From assembly GCF_964194025.1 (NCBI RefSeq), contig NC_134481.1:40796001-40860000 (forward strand): 64,000 nucleotides of DNA, given 5' to 3'. The notes under the pieces are model-generated. The model was not told the DNA's origin, searched no databases, and was given only the letters and a program-made list of their open reading frames with translations. Of this stretch, positions 35,040-48,200 are shown piece by piece. Numbering within the stretch: the stretch's first letter is position 1; each line of letters opens with the position of its first letter. Position numbers and translations under genes: made by a program. The DNA comes from Convolutriloba macropyga. Lineage: Eukaryota.

Positions 35040-36100
35040 AATTGCCGATTTAATCCTGTTTAATTGCTCTCGAATAATATTTGAAGCAATTATTGTGATT
35101 GTGTTGTTCTTTATGGTTTCGCAGTTTATCGGTTCATTTATCTGTATTTTTATATTGATCGGGTTTTTATAAAATAATGCTCTTAAATCTAAGTGTGAAA
35201 GTACTAAGGATCTAAACAACATCAATAGTCACTCAAATGGAGTTCGATGCCGTATAATATGAATTGATTTGATCGCCATTGCCTTTCTGAATTTGAGTAT
35301 GATTCTAAAGAGTTAAGCTATGATAATCACTTTTCACAATTAGCTGTGCTGTTGTTTTAAAAGTTACTTAACTTATCTCTCGAGTTTGGACAACAGGAGT
35401 GACATCCAGTTTTTAAAACGTTTAATCGTTGAAAATTAAATTGAAATTTTTACCAACAATGAATAGGTCCATCTTTGGTTGGCATTTCAATAATGTTAAT
35501 CACCACTATAACGATACGAAAACCATTAATAGTAAAGAAAAACGCATTAGTGCAATGTTCGTTTGTGTGTCCGATGGACTGAGGCACTTGTCTTCTCTGG
35601 GTTTTGCTTAGTGATGTTTTTTTTGCATCTTTGACAAATATTATGATGCGTCTGTAATTGAGCGATGCATGGAACCAATTAGTGCTCCTGTTGTTAAACC
35701 TTCATTTTTCAATGTTCTTATCAAATCTGTTTTAAAGAACTTAGTTTGTGTTTTTCCCAATAAATAATTAGGGCATGCTGTTTTTATTAGTTCTTTTTAA
35801 TGATATAGGGAATTGGTATGTCTTCTGTGAAATGTTATGTATACTTACTTTTTGTTCGTAATTAGAATTTGTAGAGGAAAATAGAGAAGACTTCAGTCCT
35901 TTTTTATGACTGCTGAAAGAGGATCGTTTTAAGCAGTCTCAAGTTCTTAATTTTCATTGTTAAGAGGTGAATAATTTTACTCAGATTAGTTGGAAAATTA
36001 GGTTTTATAATCTGAATATATGGACAAAAGCATTTCAGAATTTCCTAGCCTCTTTGAACTTTTTGAAATGCTTACAATAATGTCCCTACTTATTAGTTAA
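35040..36100 (-). mobile_element. Highly decayed LINE (reverse transcriptase C-terminal region) remnant
   Basis: The - strand peptide LFRSLVLSHLD resembles the post-RT motif L(Y/F)xSLVxxHLDY of CR1/L2-type LINEs. The frames are broken and the limits are approximate. Confidence 0.35.
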
Positions 36101-39100
36101 GACAAATACGAGCAATACTTGACTAGGACAATTCACAGATATTTTTAGGGCCTAAAGTAATCTCTAGATTTGGAGAGGGTTTATAATGTTCCGGATATTT
36201 TCAGCTGAAATACTACAGTTCTTTCGAAATGAACAAATGAAAAGGACAGTTTTTCTCTTTTTTTATCTAATTTTTCAATTTTTACTCGTTTCATTTCTTA
36301 TTTCTAATATTTCAATTTCCACTAGTTTTATTGTCAAATGGAGAAATAGATGGCTGTGTTAGCTACTTGCTGTAGCAGTTTGTTGTATTGGTTTTTTTCT
36401 TTTTTAAAGAAAAAACTATGAGACCTAATCTCTTCCATGTGGTTAGAGGTAAACCCACTCTGTAATTACAATCAGATAGTTGCTTATAAACTAAAAGAAG
36501 TTTTTGACGCTCATTTGTTGTACCGTATTTTGTGGTTTTTGTGCCATGTATTGATCATTTATCATTGCTCGTTTGTGCTCAGCAGTTCTACAGTTCCCTA
36601 ATCGCTTCTCGCCCAAATTACTTTCCTCAATGTTAAAAAAAATATATTTTTATGATAGATAGATAGATGTATTTAGCCTTTTCGTATAAATTTAATAACG
36701 CTAGGATCATCAACGGGGACACCAAGTTCCTCTTTTAAGATCAACCTCTCATAATGGCAGTACACGACAATAATATAATTTGCAGAACACAAGACAGTAA
36801 TACACATGACAGAACAAAAGACAAAATTATGGAAGATCGATTATTTGGAATGGTTGCCATAAACATTGTCTCAAACATTTTAATCTCAAACTTATTGCTT
36901 TATGAGGACACTATGCAGTGCGAGTTTTCGGTGGTTTTTAATCAATTGAGTAGCTCGATAATAGAGAGTGGAAATTTCTGTGTTTTGATAAATTTTTAAA
37001 AAAGTAATCCGAATACAAATTAGCAGTCGCTATTACTGGTATGTTTTAACAACATTCTCAAGCGGATAGTTTAATCCCCTGTTCGTTTGTGATAGTTTCC
37101 CGTGGGTCACATCAAGTCCCGTGGGCCGCTGAGGCATCGCCATAGCCATTAAGTATCTTAAAATATATTGTAAGAGCGACTGCTAATTTGTAGTCGCGTT
37201 AATGAACAAAAATATCCAAGTGCATTGGATATAATTGCATAGGGTATAAGGGATTTGGGTAAATTGTCCTGACACCATAAACAACTTTTGTTTAAAAGTA
37301 AATGGCTTTGAACCCGCTTTTTACTCCGAAGATACTGGAGTTAAAACTAAACAACAACCTAGAAAGCATCACTCTGTCATAGGAACTGAAAAGGAGCTGA
37401 CAAATGACGTACTTTGTTGATAAAATAAACGGATGTTGCCTCTTAATTAATTGATACCCTAGCAGATGTTATTTTTGTGAAACCAAAGAAACCAACTCGA
37501 TAGTTTTGTAAACACCGGGGTGTATTTCCGTTGAAAAATCTTGCAAATATTTTCCCCAACTGTGTTGATCAATTTCGTTTCGGACCATAGTCAACCCTGC
37601 TAATTCAGCGACTTTGGTAAACAATAATACAATATTTAGCAAATAATTATATCTTTATCATAGATTATATTTGTGTTTCACTTTCGCTGTCATCCACTTA
37701 AAATGACCTGCAAAATGTATTGCGGTTACTTTTCAATCCTTATAAATATTTAATATATGACTGCTTACGATATATTAGCAAAGATATTAGGAAGTTCAGC
37801 ATATAATTTTTTTCTAGCAGATATGTGAATGAATTCCCGTATTATATGATTCAGAATTTGTTATCAATTTGAAATCATTTTAGCTTCACCTTTTTCTGTT
37901 TCATTTTTTCCTGGGAATTTTGTTTGCAAAGTATTTTTGCTTATTTTAAATTTAAAAAATCATTTTTAGGTCTAATTTCCCATCTTTTTCGGCTGTGTGA
38001 TATATACTGTTTTTATTGTTCTTAGTCTATATCGGCTTGAAATTATTTTTCTTTTTAATGTTTTATCTATGGCTTGCTGTGATGGTTTAATGCATACATT
38101 TTAAGCTGTTTTTCAACCATATCTGACACAACATAAAATATTACTCGACGCTATAATACACAAAGCGTGCGTGTATATATTTTTCTAAAAAATCAGCGTA
38201 TAGTTTTTGGCCACGTTTGCAGTTTTCTACTACTTGGATAAATCAGACTTTATGAATTATTAAACACTCTTTTTTCAACTTCATTTTTCGTTACTTTGCA
38301 AATTTTTAACGATTTTTGGTATAAAAGTATAGCTTAAAGCAAAGGCCATTAATGTAATTTTTCTATCTTAGATCAATTTTGTTGTTAATTTATACGTTTA
38401 TTTTGCACAAGTTTCGTTCATATTGAATTTGATATTATTTTTTACTCTTCAGCTCAGTTCGAACAAGATTCTTACAAGATTGTTAAAACTGTTCAATATA
38501 ATGCTCTAATCTTAAATTGATGATTAATTTCAGGTGTTGCTAATGATGTTACGAAGCCCAACTTACGGTCACAACTGTGATACACTTTTATCCATATGGT
38601 GGGCAAACATCTAAACCCAAAATGTCATAGCTACATAAAGTGAAGATTTCTGTTTGCTCCCTTGGTATTTGACCAATATTAACCCAACATTAAAATGACC
38701 TTTGACCTGCCTTACTGCAATGGGTTTTGTTGTGTTACTACATAGCAAGCCGAAATAGTCAACAAACTAACAAATTTATGTGAAGATATTGATCTATGTG
38801 TTATTGCATGATTTAGACTCTTGCAAAAGGGGGTAAATTAGTACATATTTATATTTTGGTTATTCACTCTATTTCGAATTTCACCGTTTACTAAGTTGGG
38901 TTATTGTTTACGAGAACGTTTTAGCCCTCTTGCAGACATTGTACTTTTTATTACGCTTATCTCTTTCGCCTTTAAAAGGAAAATATTTGCAAATTTTTTG
39001 CAGTAAATGCAGGTATTTTGCCGGTAAATGCAGGTATAATAAAAATCCCCTGCTTTCGGTAAAATATATTAAAAATCGGATACTAACTGCCGTCAGTTTT

Positions 39101-39297
39101 GTCTCAATATTATCAACGCAACGCTGCTCTTCAATTTGACTTGCTTCATTTTCTGCAATTTTTTACTACCGTTTTACCCACCAACTGTCGCTATTAAACC
39201 GTTATCCAAGATCGAGGCTGTTTGTTAGAGCGCAATATTTTGATGCATATTAAGTATTTTTATTACTTTTCATGTCGATTTTTTGCTCCAACTTGCG

Positions 39298-42200
39298 ATG
39301 CTGAAAACATTTACTACTCACTTTGAGGTTACACTTGAAGATACTACCAGAAAATCCGATAAAATTGGACACCTATCTTCATCTTTCTGTCACTCTAGCA
39401 TTCGAACAAAAACCTCAAGCGGAAAGAAGTCGGCTGTTATGATTACTTCAAGACACAGAAGCAACAGTTCTTGTCTGAACGTTGTCAGTTTCGTTTGGTG
39501 GTTTTTGATGACAAGTTTGGTTGTGATGTCAACATGCGTACAATTAGCCCTGTCCTCTACTCATTGGGTTGTTTCTGACGACGGAAGGCTCAAATCAGTG
39601 GTATGTTTTTATTTTAGCGTTTGCAGGTGACATTAAAAATCTGGATGTATTCTGATTCGCCCCACCCACCCCCCCCCCCCCAAGCTTAGTGGGCTTAAAT
39701 TTTTTACGCCCCCAGGCGCACGTGCTATTTTCTTAAATCTATACAATTAACCATTTTTTTAAAATCTAATCTATGCATCACAATGCGCTACTTGACAACA
39801 CATCATGTGGTGATAAATAGATGAATTAAACTATAGCCAAAATATAGCTCGACTTCCTCCTTTTGGTGGACAATAATATTTTTGAGACGTTTTTTCTGTG
39901 CTCATATTTTTTTCAAAAGATTACAGAATATCAGTTTTTTTTACTAATCCGAAAACTTGACACTCCTCCTGTTATAATTTATCCTAAACGTATAGAAAAA
40001 TCATTTTCTCATATTTTCTCATATTTATTAGCCCTGCACGTCTTTAATTTTTTTACAACCAATTTGCGTATGATCATTTGATTTTTCAACCGCAAAAATG
40101 AGATCAAGAGGTAGCGCCTGATGGCATTGAGTTGCTGAAATGTCCTCTTGAAGGTTTTTAGTCTGTTTGTTTGTGATTCCCCGATACTTATGAGGAGACT
40201 TAAATTCATGATGTGAAATGCGATTCTTGGAATTCGAGCCGCAACTTACTCGGCCTTTGCCAGCATCTTCCCACAACCCCACCGCTCCCTCCATAGAACT
40301 GTGCAGGCGTAAACTAACGGCTGAAAAGGAAATATAATTTTTGGGTGGTTTGTATGAGATTGGATAAAAAGGTCAATTACATATGAAATTTTTTAGGCAT
40401 ACTTACCTACTCACTCAATTAAATCTTATTTTTATAACTCTGGAAAACCAACTTCACTGTGCAGGGCAGTTAAGGCAACATTCTGTAGACAAAAATTTGA
40501 TCACTCATCATTTTTTTGCTTCCTACGAGAGCGTTCTGGAGGTAAAATTTCGAACGCTTAATTTAACTGGCTAATTATCCAAATTTTATTTATTTTGATT
40601 TATTGATTTTTTGTTGTCAATTTATCTATTCGCTAAATGTTAGAGAAATAATGCAGCCTTTTTAATGAAGGGTAGCAATAACAAGACTAATTTTGGTCTA
40701 GTAGTGGATGTTTGCTATCCAAAAATTGTTCGGATTGCATTCGGGTGCTGTTGAAAGGTCGCATATATGCGCATGTGAGTCTCAATGATTGTATGCTATA
40801 GTTGTATTAAGAATCTCATTGTTTTTATCTCTTCAAAACTGTGTTTGCGTAAAAATGTTTGCGAAATTTTGAGTTCTACCTGTATTCGATGTTATTTTGC
40901 AGACTTAAGACTTAGTTGTACTAATGACAAACCAAATTTGCTTCCTATGGAGTTAAAAGTTAGTATATGTGGTATCAATAAGTTGAAGTCTTATGTTTGT
41001 AGTCAGTTTTAAAAAGTATTTGTTCTCAAAAATAACCATGGATATTTGAGCTGAGTCACTTATTTTGTTTTTTTTTAAGTTATAGCTCCGTATCGCTTCA
41101 TCTACCTAATCCATTCGAGTTTAACCTTTATTGCGGTTCTACTAATTAAGTAATTGTTATGTGGCTTGATGCTGCATGTTTTTATAATTCTTCTCTATTG
41201 CCAGCCATTTGCCTTTTTCAGCTTCCTGTTTGTCTTGCCACTTTATTGTTTTACTGAAAGGTAACTAATATCACATTAATTGCTTTGAAAGATGGTACAT
41301 GTGAACAATCTAATGTTTTCAGTGAGTGCCTTTTATTTCAACAGCTTCGACACCGTTTTTTTTTAGCAAACTTCAGTAGTTTTTGTGACTTCTACCTTCG
41401 TTTGTCGTTTTGTTTCTAGAGTCTGTATAATTAGAGGTCTTATGGCAAGCCTTCCTAAGGAGATTTAATTGAACTTTTTTTAACTGATAGCTAATGATTT
41501 TCATGACTTAATTAATCTTAACTTTTTTTAACTTTGCCTTCTTTGTTATTTTTGTCTACTTTTTACTGGTTTCAATGGGAACAGGTCACATTTTTGTAGT
41601 GAAGTACAAGTTAATTTGATTAGTATGGTTTGAGTTTAAAGCTTTTTTCATTCATGCGTCAATTTTTTGCAAATTATAGGCCTTTTTGAACGTTTCCATC
41701 TCGTCCTCATTTGGTAGACCATAAAATCAAAAAATGGATGATCGAGTTGGGAACATAATGCGCAAACGCACATTAACGAGCCTCCTCGTTCAAGTTTTCG
41801 TTCTAGCAACGAAGTGAACGAATTCGCCTAACGTTTTTTATCAACAGCAGCCGCGATTTATTCACTGTTGCATTTTTTTTTGTTTATTTGCTGTTTTCTA
41901 TTGATCTTTCTTTGTTGATGATCACTGAATACTGAAACATATTTTGAAGTACAAATTTTGGGAGAAATATAACATAGACAACGATTTTAGGCATTAAAAT
42001 TTTGCCATATTTTTCTGCAAGCTTCGGCGATGCTTTAATAGCATATTGAGTTTTTATTAAAGTTGATCTTGAAATAGTGAAAGGGTAATTTTTATCTGAA
42101 ATTAACGATATTTCACCAAAAAGAGGATTGTTTTCTGTTCATACAAACATTACAATACCAACATATTTTTTTCTGCACGTGATGCTAAAAGTATAATTAT

Positions 42201-45200
42201 TTGTACTTTTGTGATGTCTCAACTAATAAACTAAACAATTCAAAATGGATGATTATTTTTTGTTTTTTTTTGTTCTAGGACTTTTCGCCGTATGTAATGC
42301 GAGACTCCGGTGACCTGATCAACCTGATGAAACAAGAAGAACGAGTGAGTGAAAGTGTTCAGCTGGAGAAGGAGAAAGAGAGACTGATTGCTGAACTGAA
42401 AGAGATGAGTCAAAACATTAACCTTAACAGCCACAGGAGGAAAAGAACTAGAAAAGAAGGCAAAACGAAGTCAAATCAACATAAGCCCAATGTAGAACCC
42501 TCGGGTGCGTTCGCTTGTTTGTTTGTTTGTTTGCAATCTGAGATTTAATTTGAACTTGAGTAGGTATTAGTGAAGTTCAGAACATCAGTACCGTAATTGC
42601 GAACAAAAATGAGCGTGCATTATCTTGCAAGATGTTCTTCAAAATTTCCAAGATCTTGTAAGATAAAACTTCTTGTTTGCACATGATCATTGTACGATGG
42701 ATTAGAAAGTTCTCATATTTATTTTAATGAAAAAATAAGGAAATAAAAATTGGATACTGAAACAATTACGCGAATATAAAACTCTAAAAACATAGCCGGA
42801 AGAATTTTGGAAACGACTAGAAGAAGGAAAAAAACAATCCATTCAGAAAGCTAGTACCCGCCTAAACTACTCTTGAAAATTAAACGCTATTTGAAGTAAA
42901 ATCATGATAAAAGTTCTTATCCGGAAATTGAACTAATGAATTAGAAAAAAATCGACGAATTCTTCGATATTACAAGGGCACTTAAAGCCGAAGAAAAATC
43001 TTAGGAATATAAGAGAATTAAAATATTCGGAAACCATTAGAGAAGTCATAATGAGCTTAAAAAAGTGTCTAAGATTATAGAGACCACAATCAAAACAACC
43101 GTAAAAATAATGCAATATCATAATTAATTTTTTAAACTGTTTTAAAAAGCCGCAGGTGAACAAAAAATTTTGCTCGCTTACAGAAATTTATTTCACACCT
43201 CAATTTCTCGCTCTCTCAAAAACAGTGGTATTAACAAAAAAACCATTCCCTTTTCTCTCCACTCATCAATTTTGTTCAGAATTCCCAGCCACTTCAAATA
43301 TTTTCACGCGTTTCTTTTCTTGCTTTAAAGTTCACTCCAGTAAAACCGATTTTAAAAAAGGACTTCTGCAAAACTTCATTTCAAGTCGTAAAAATAACCA
43401 AAAATTACCACAGGCACACCTATCGGTATTTACCGGCGTCGAATTAAATGTCCAATGCTTTTTTTGCTCCATCAAAAAGCAGCGAAAAGCTGTATATTTT
43501 TCAATGGTTGCAGCAAAGTCTATCTTTCTATCTAAGTCGGGGTCAGAAAATTTGCGATTTATTGAAGCAGATAATCGCGGAGATTAAATTTTACTTTTTA
43601 CCCACCGAATTGTGTGAGGTAGTAGAATATTTTTTCGAAAATTTTGGTTCAGCTCAATTTTCCGTTCAACAAAGTGAGCAGCTCACGCGAATATTTTCTG
43701 CACTATACACTATAATACCAAAAATCTACTTATAGCAATTTTTTTACTCTTCATGCGTTATTCCCGCTAAAACTGTTTGATTTTCACTAAGGCGTGAAGT
43801 TTTAAATAAGTTTTAATTCTCTTTTTCTCAGCTTCCGCAGAAAAGATGACTAAGCCATTTTGTTTGTTGATAATTGCCACGCTGTCGCCACTCGAAAGGG
43901 CTAATTGTCATGGACAGAAAACAGAAAGGTTCAGTTTAAAATCGAGAGCTAGTACACAGGAGGGTGCCTACAAACGTTAGCATAAAAGTTTTATTCGTTC
44001 TGTAATATAGCCGCTTTATGTAGCAAAATAATTTACAATGAACATGGTTAAATATCTGTTAAAATTATAACAAACGAGATGTTTTTTTTCACTTTTTTAT
44101 TAAACAAAGCTGTAATCAAGGTTGCTGCAAACATTTGCTTCAATTTGTTTTTTTTTGCAAAACTGATGGTCCAAAGTGCTTTTCCACTCAAAAATTTATG
44201 ATTACTTGTTATGATTAGTTATGATTTGTTATGATTACTTCAAGACACAGAAGCAACAGTTCTTGTCTGAACGTTGTCAGTTTCGTTTGGTGGTTTTTGA
44301 TGACAAGTTTGGTTGTGATGTCAACATGCGTACAATTAGCCCTGTCCTCTACTCATTGGGTTGTTTCTGACGACGGAAGGCTCAAATCAGTGGTATGTTT
44401 TTATTTTAGCGTTTGCAGGTGACATTAAAAATCTGGATGTATTCTGATTCGCCCCACCCACCCCCCCCCCCAAGCTTAGTGGGCTTAAATTTTTTACGCC
44501 CCCAGGCGCACGTGCTATTTTCTTAAATCTATACAATTAACCATTTTTTTAAAATCTAATCTATGCATCACAATGCGCTACTTGACAACACATCATGTGG
44601 TGATAAATAGATGAATTAAACTATAGCCAAAATATAGCTCGACTTCCTCCTTTTGGTGGACAATAATATTTTTGAGACGTTTTTTCTGTGCTCATATTTT
44701 TTTCAAAAGATTACAGAATATCAGTTTTTTTTACTAATCCGAAAACTTGACACTCCTCCTGTTATAATTTATCCTAAACGTATAGAAAAATCATTTTCTC
44801 ATATTTTCTCATATTTATTAGCCCTGCACGTCTTTAATTTTTTTACAACCAATTTGCGTATGATCATTTGATTTTTCAACCGCAAAAATAAGATCAAGAG
44901 GTAGCGCCTGATGGCATTGAGTTGCTGAAATGTCCTCTTGAAGGTTTTTAGTCTGTTTGTTTGTGATTCCCCGATACTTATGAGGAGACTTAAATTCATG
45001 ATGTGAAATGCGATTCTTGGAATTCGAGCCGCAACTTACTCGGCCTTTGCCAGCATCTTCCCACAACCCCACCGCTCCCTCCATAGAACTGTGCAGGCGT
45101 AAACTAACGGCTGAAAAGGAAATATAATTTTTGGGTGGTTTGTATGAGATTGGATAAAAAGGTCAATTACATATGAAATTTTTTAGGCATACTTACCTAC

Positions 45201-48200
45201 TCACTCAATTAAATCTTATTTTTATAACTCTGGAAAACCAACTTCACTGTGCAGGGCAGTTAAGGCAACATTCTGTAGACAAAAATTTGATCACTCATCA
45301 TTTTTTTGCTTCCTACGAGAGCGTTCTGGAGGTAAAATTTCGAACGCTTAATTTAACTGGCTAATTATCCAAATTTTATTTATTTTGATTTATTGATTTT
45401 TTGTTGTCAATTTATCTATTCGCTAAATGTTAGAGAAATAATGCAGCCTTTTTAATGAAGGGTAGCAATAACAAGACTAATTTTGGTCTAGTAGTGGATG
45501 TTTGCTATCCAAAAATTGTTCGGATTGCATTCGGGTGCTGTTGAAAGGTCGCATATATGCGCATGTGAGTCTCAATGATTGTATGCTATAGTTGTATTAA
45601 GAATCTCATTGTTTTTATCTCTTCAAAACTGTGTTTGCGTAAAAATGTTTGCGAAATTTTGAGTTCTACCTGTATTCGATGTTATTTTGCAGACTTAAGA
45701 CTTAGTTGTACTAATGACAAACCAAATTTGCTTCCTATGGAGTTAAAAGTTAGTATATGTGGTATCAATAAGTTGAAGTCTTGTTTGTAGTCAGTTTTAA
45801 AAAGTATTTGTTCTCAAAAATAACCATGGATATTTGAGCTGAGTCACTTATTTTGTTTTTTTTAAGTTGTAGCTCCGTATCGCTTCATCTAGCTAATCCA
45901 TTCGAGTTTAACCTTTATTGCGGTTCTACTAATTAAGTAATTGTTATGTGGCTTTGATGCTGCATGTTTTTATAATTCTTCTCTATTGCCAGCCATTTGC
46001 CTTTTTCAGCTTCCTGTTTGTCTTGCCACTTTATTGTTTTACTGAAAGGTAACTAATATCACATTAATTGCTTTGAAAGATGGTACATGTGAACAATCTA
46101 ATGTTTTCAGTGAGTGCCTTTTATTTCAACAGCTTCGACACCGTTTTTTTTTTAGCAAACTTCAGTAGTTTTTGTGACTTGTACCTTCGTTTGTCGTTTT
46201 GTTTCTAGAGTCTGTATAATTAGAGGTCTTATGGCAAGCCTTCCTAAGGAGATTTAATTGAACTTTTTTTAACTGATAGCTAATGATTTTCATGACTTAA
46301 TTAATCTTAACTTTTTTTAACTTTGCCTTCTTTGTTATTTTTGTCTACTTTTTACTGGTTTCAATGGGAACAGGTCACATTTTTGTAGTGAAGTACAAGT
46401 TAATTTGATTAGTATGGTTTGAGTTTAAAGCTTTTTTCATTCATGCGTCAATTTTTTGCAAATTATAGGCCTTTTTGAACGTTTCCATCTCGTCCTCATT
46501 TGGTAGACCATAAAATCAAAAAATGGATGATCGAGTTGGGAACATAATGCGCAAACGCACATTAACGAGCCTCCTCGTTCAAGTTTTCGTTCTAGCAACG
46601 AAGTGAACGAATTCGCCTAACGTTTTTTATCAACAGCAGCCGCGATTTATTCACTGTTGCATTTTTTTTTGTTTATTTGCTGTTTTCTATTGATCTTTCT
46701 TTGTTGATGATCACTGAATACTGAAACATATTTTGAAGTACAAATTTTGGGAGAAATATAACATAGACAACAATTTTAGGCAATAAAATTTTGCCATATT
46801 TTTCTGCAAGCTTCGGCGATGCTTTAATAGCATATTGAGTTTTTATTAAAGTTGATCTTGAAATAGTGAAAGGGTAATTTTTATCTGAAATTAACGATAT
46901 TTCACCAAAAAGAGGATTGTTTTCTGTTCATACAAACATTACAATACCAACATATTTTTTTCTGCACGTGATGCTAAAAGTATAATTATTTGTACTTTTG
47001 TGATGTCTCAACTAATAAACTAAACAATTCAAAATGGATGATTATTTTTTGTTTTTTTTTTTTGTTCTAGGACTTTTCGCCGTATGTAATGCGAGACTCC
47101 GGTGACCTGATCAACCTGATGAAACAAGAAGAACGAGTGAGTGAAAGTGTTCAGCTGGAGAAGGAGAAAGAGAGACTGATTGCTGAACTGAAAGAGATGA
47201 GTCAAAACATTAACCTTAACAGCCACAGGAGGAAAAGAACTAGAAAAGAAGGCAAAACGAAGTCAAATCAACATAAGCCCAATGTAGAACCCTCGGGTGC
47301 GTTCGCTTGTTTGTTTGTTTGTTTGCAATCTGAGATTTAATTTGAACTTGAGTAGGTATTAGTGAAGTTCAGAACATCAGTACCGTAATTGCGAACAAAA
47401 ATGAGCGTGCATTATCTTGCAAGATGTTCTTCAAAATTTCCAAGATCTTGTAAGATAAAACTTCTTGTTTGCACATGATCATTGTACGATGGATTAGAAA
47501 GTTCTCATATTTATTTTAATGAAAAAATAAGGAAATAAAAATTGGATACTGAAACAATTACGCGAATATAAAACTCTAAAAACATAGCCGGAAGAATTTT
47601 GGAAACGACTAGAAGAAGGAAAAAAACAATCCATTCAGAAAGCTAGTACCCGCCTAAACTACTCTTGAAAATTAAACGCTATTTGAAGTAAAATCATGAT
47701 AAAAGTTCTTATCCGGAAATTGAACTAATGAATTAGAAAAAAATCGACGAATTCTTCGATATTACAAGGGCACTTAAAGCCGAAGAAAAATCTTAGGAAT
47801 ATAAGAGAATTAAAATATTCGGAAACCATTAGAGAAGTCATAATGAGCTTAAAAAAGTGTCTAAGATTATAGAGACCACAATCAAAACAACCGTAAAAAT
47901 AATGCAATATCATAATTAATTTTTTAAACTGTTTTAAAAAGCCGCAGGTGAACAAAAAATTTTGCTCGCTTACAGAAATTTATTTCACACCTCAATTTCT
48001 CGCTCTCTCAAAAACAGTGGTATTAACAAAAAAACCATTCCCTTTTCTCTCCACTCATCAATTTTGTTCAGAATTCCCAGCCACTTCAAATATTTTCACG
48101 CGTTTCTTTTCTTGCTTTAAAGTTCACTCCAGTAAAACCGATTTTAAAAAAGGACTTCTGCAAAACTTCATTTCAAGTCGTAAAAATAACCAAAAATTAC

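Noticed and set aside
43156-43735. 143 aa and 95 aa ORFs (duplicated at 47948-48527)
   Set aside because: They lie in a reversed repeat region within an intron and have no domain features.
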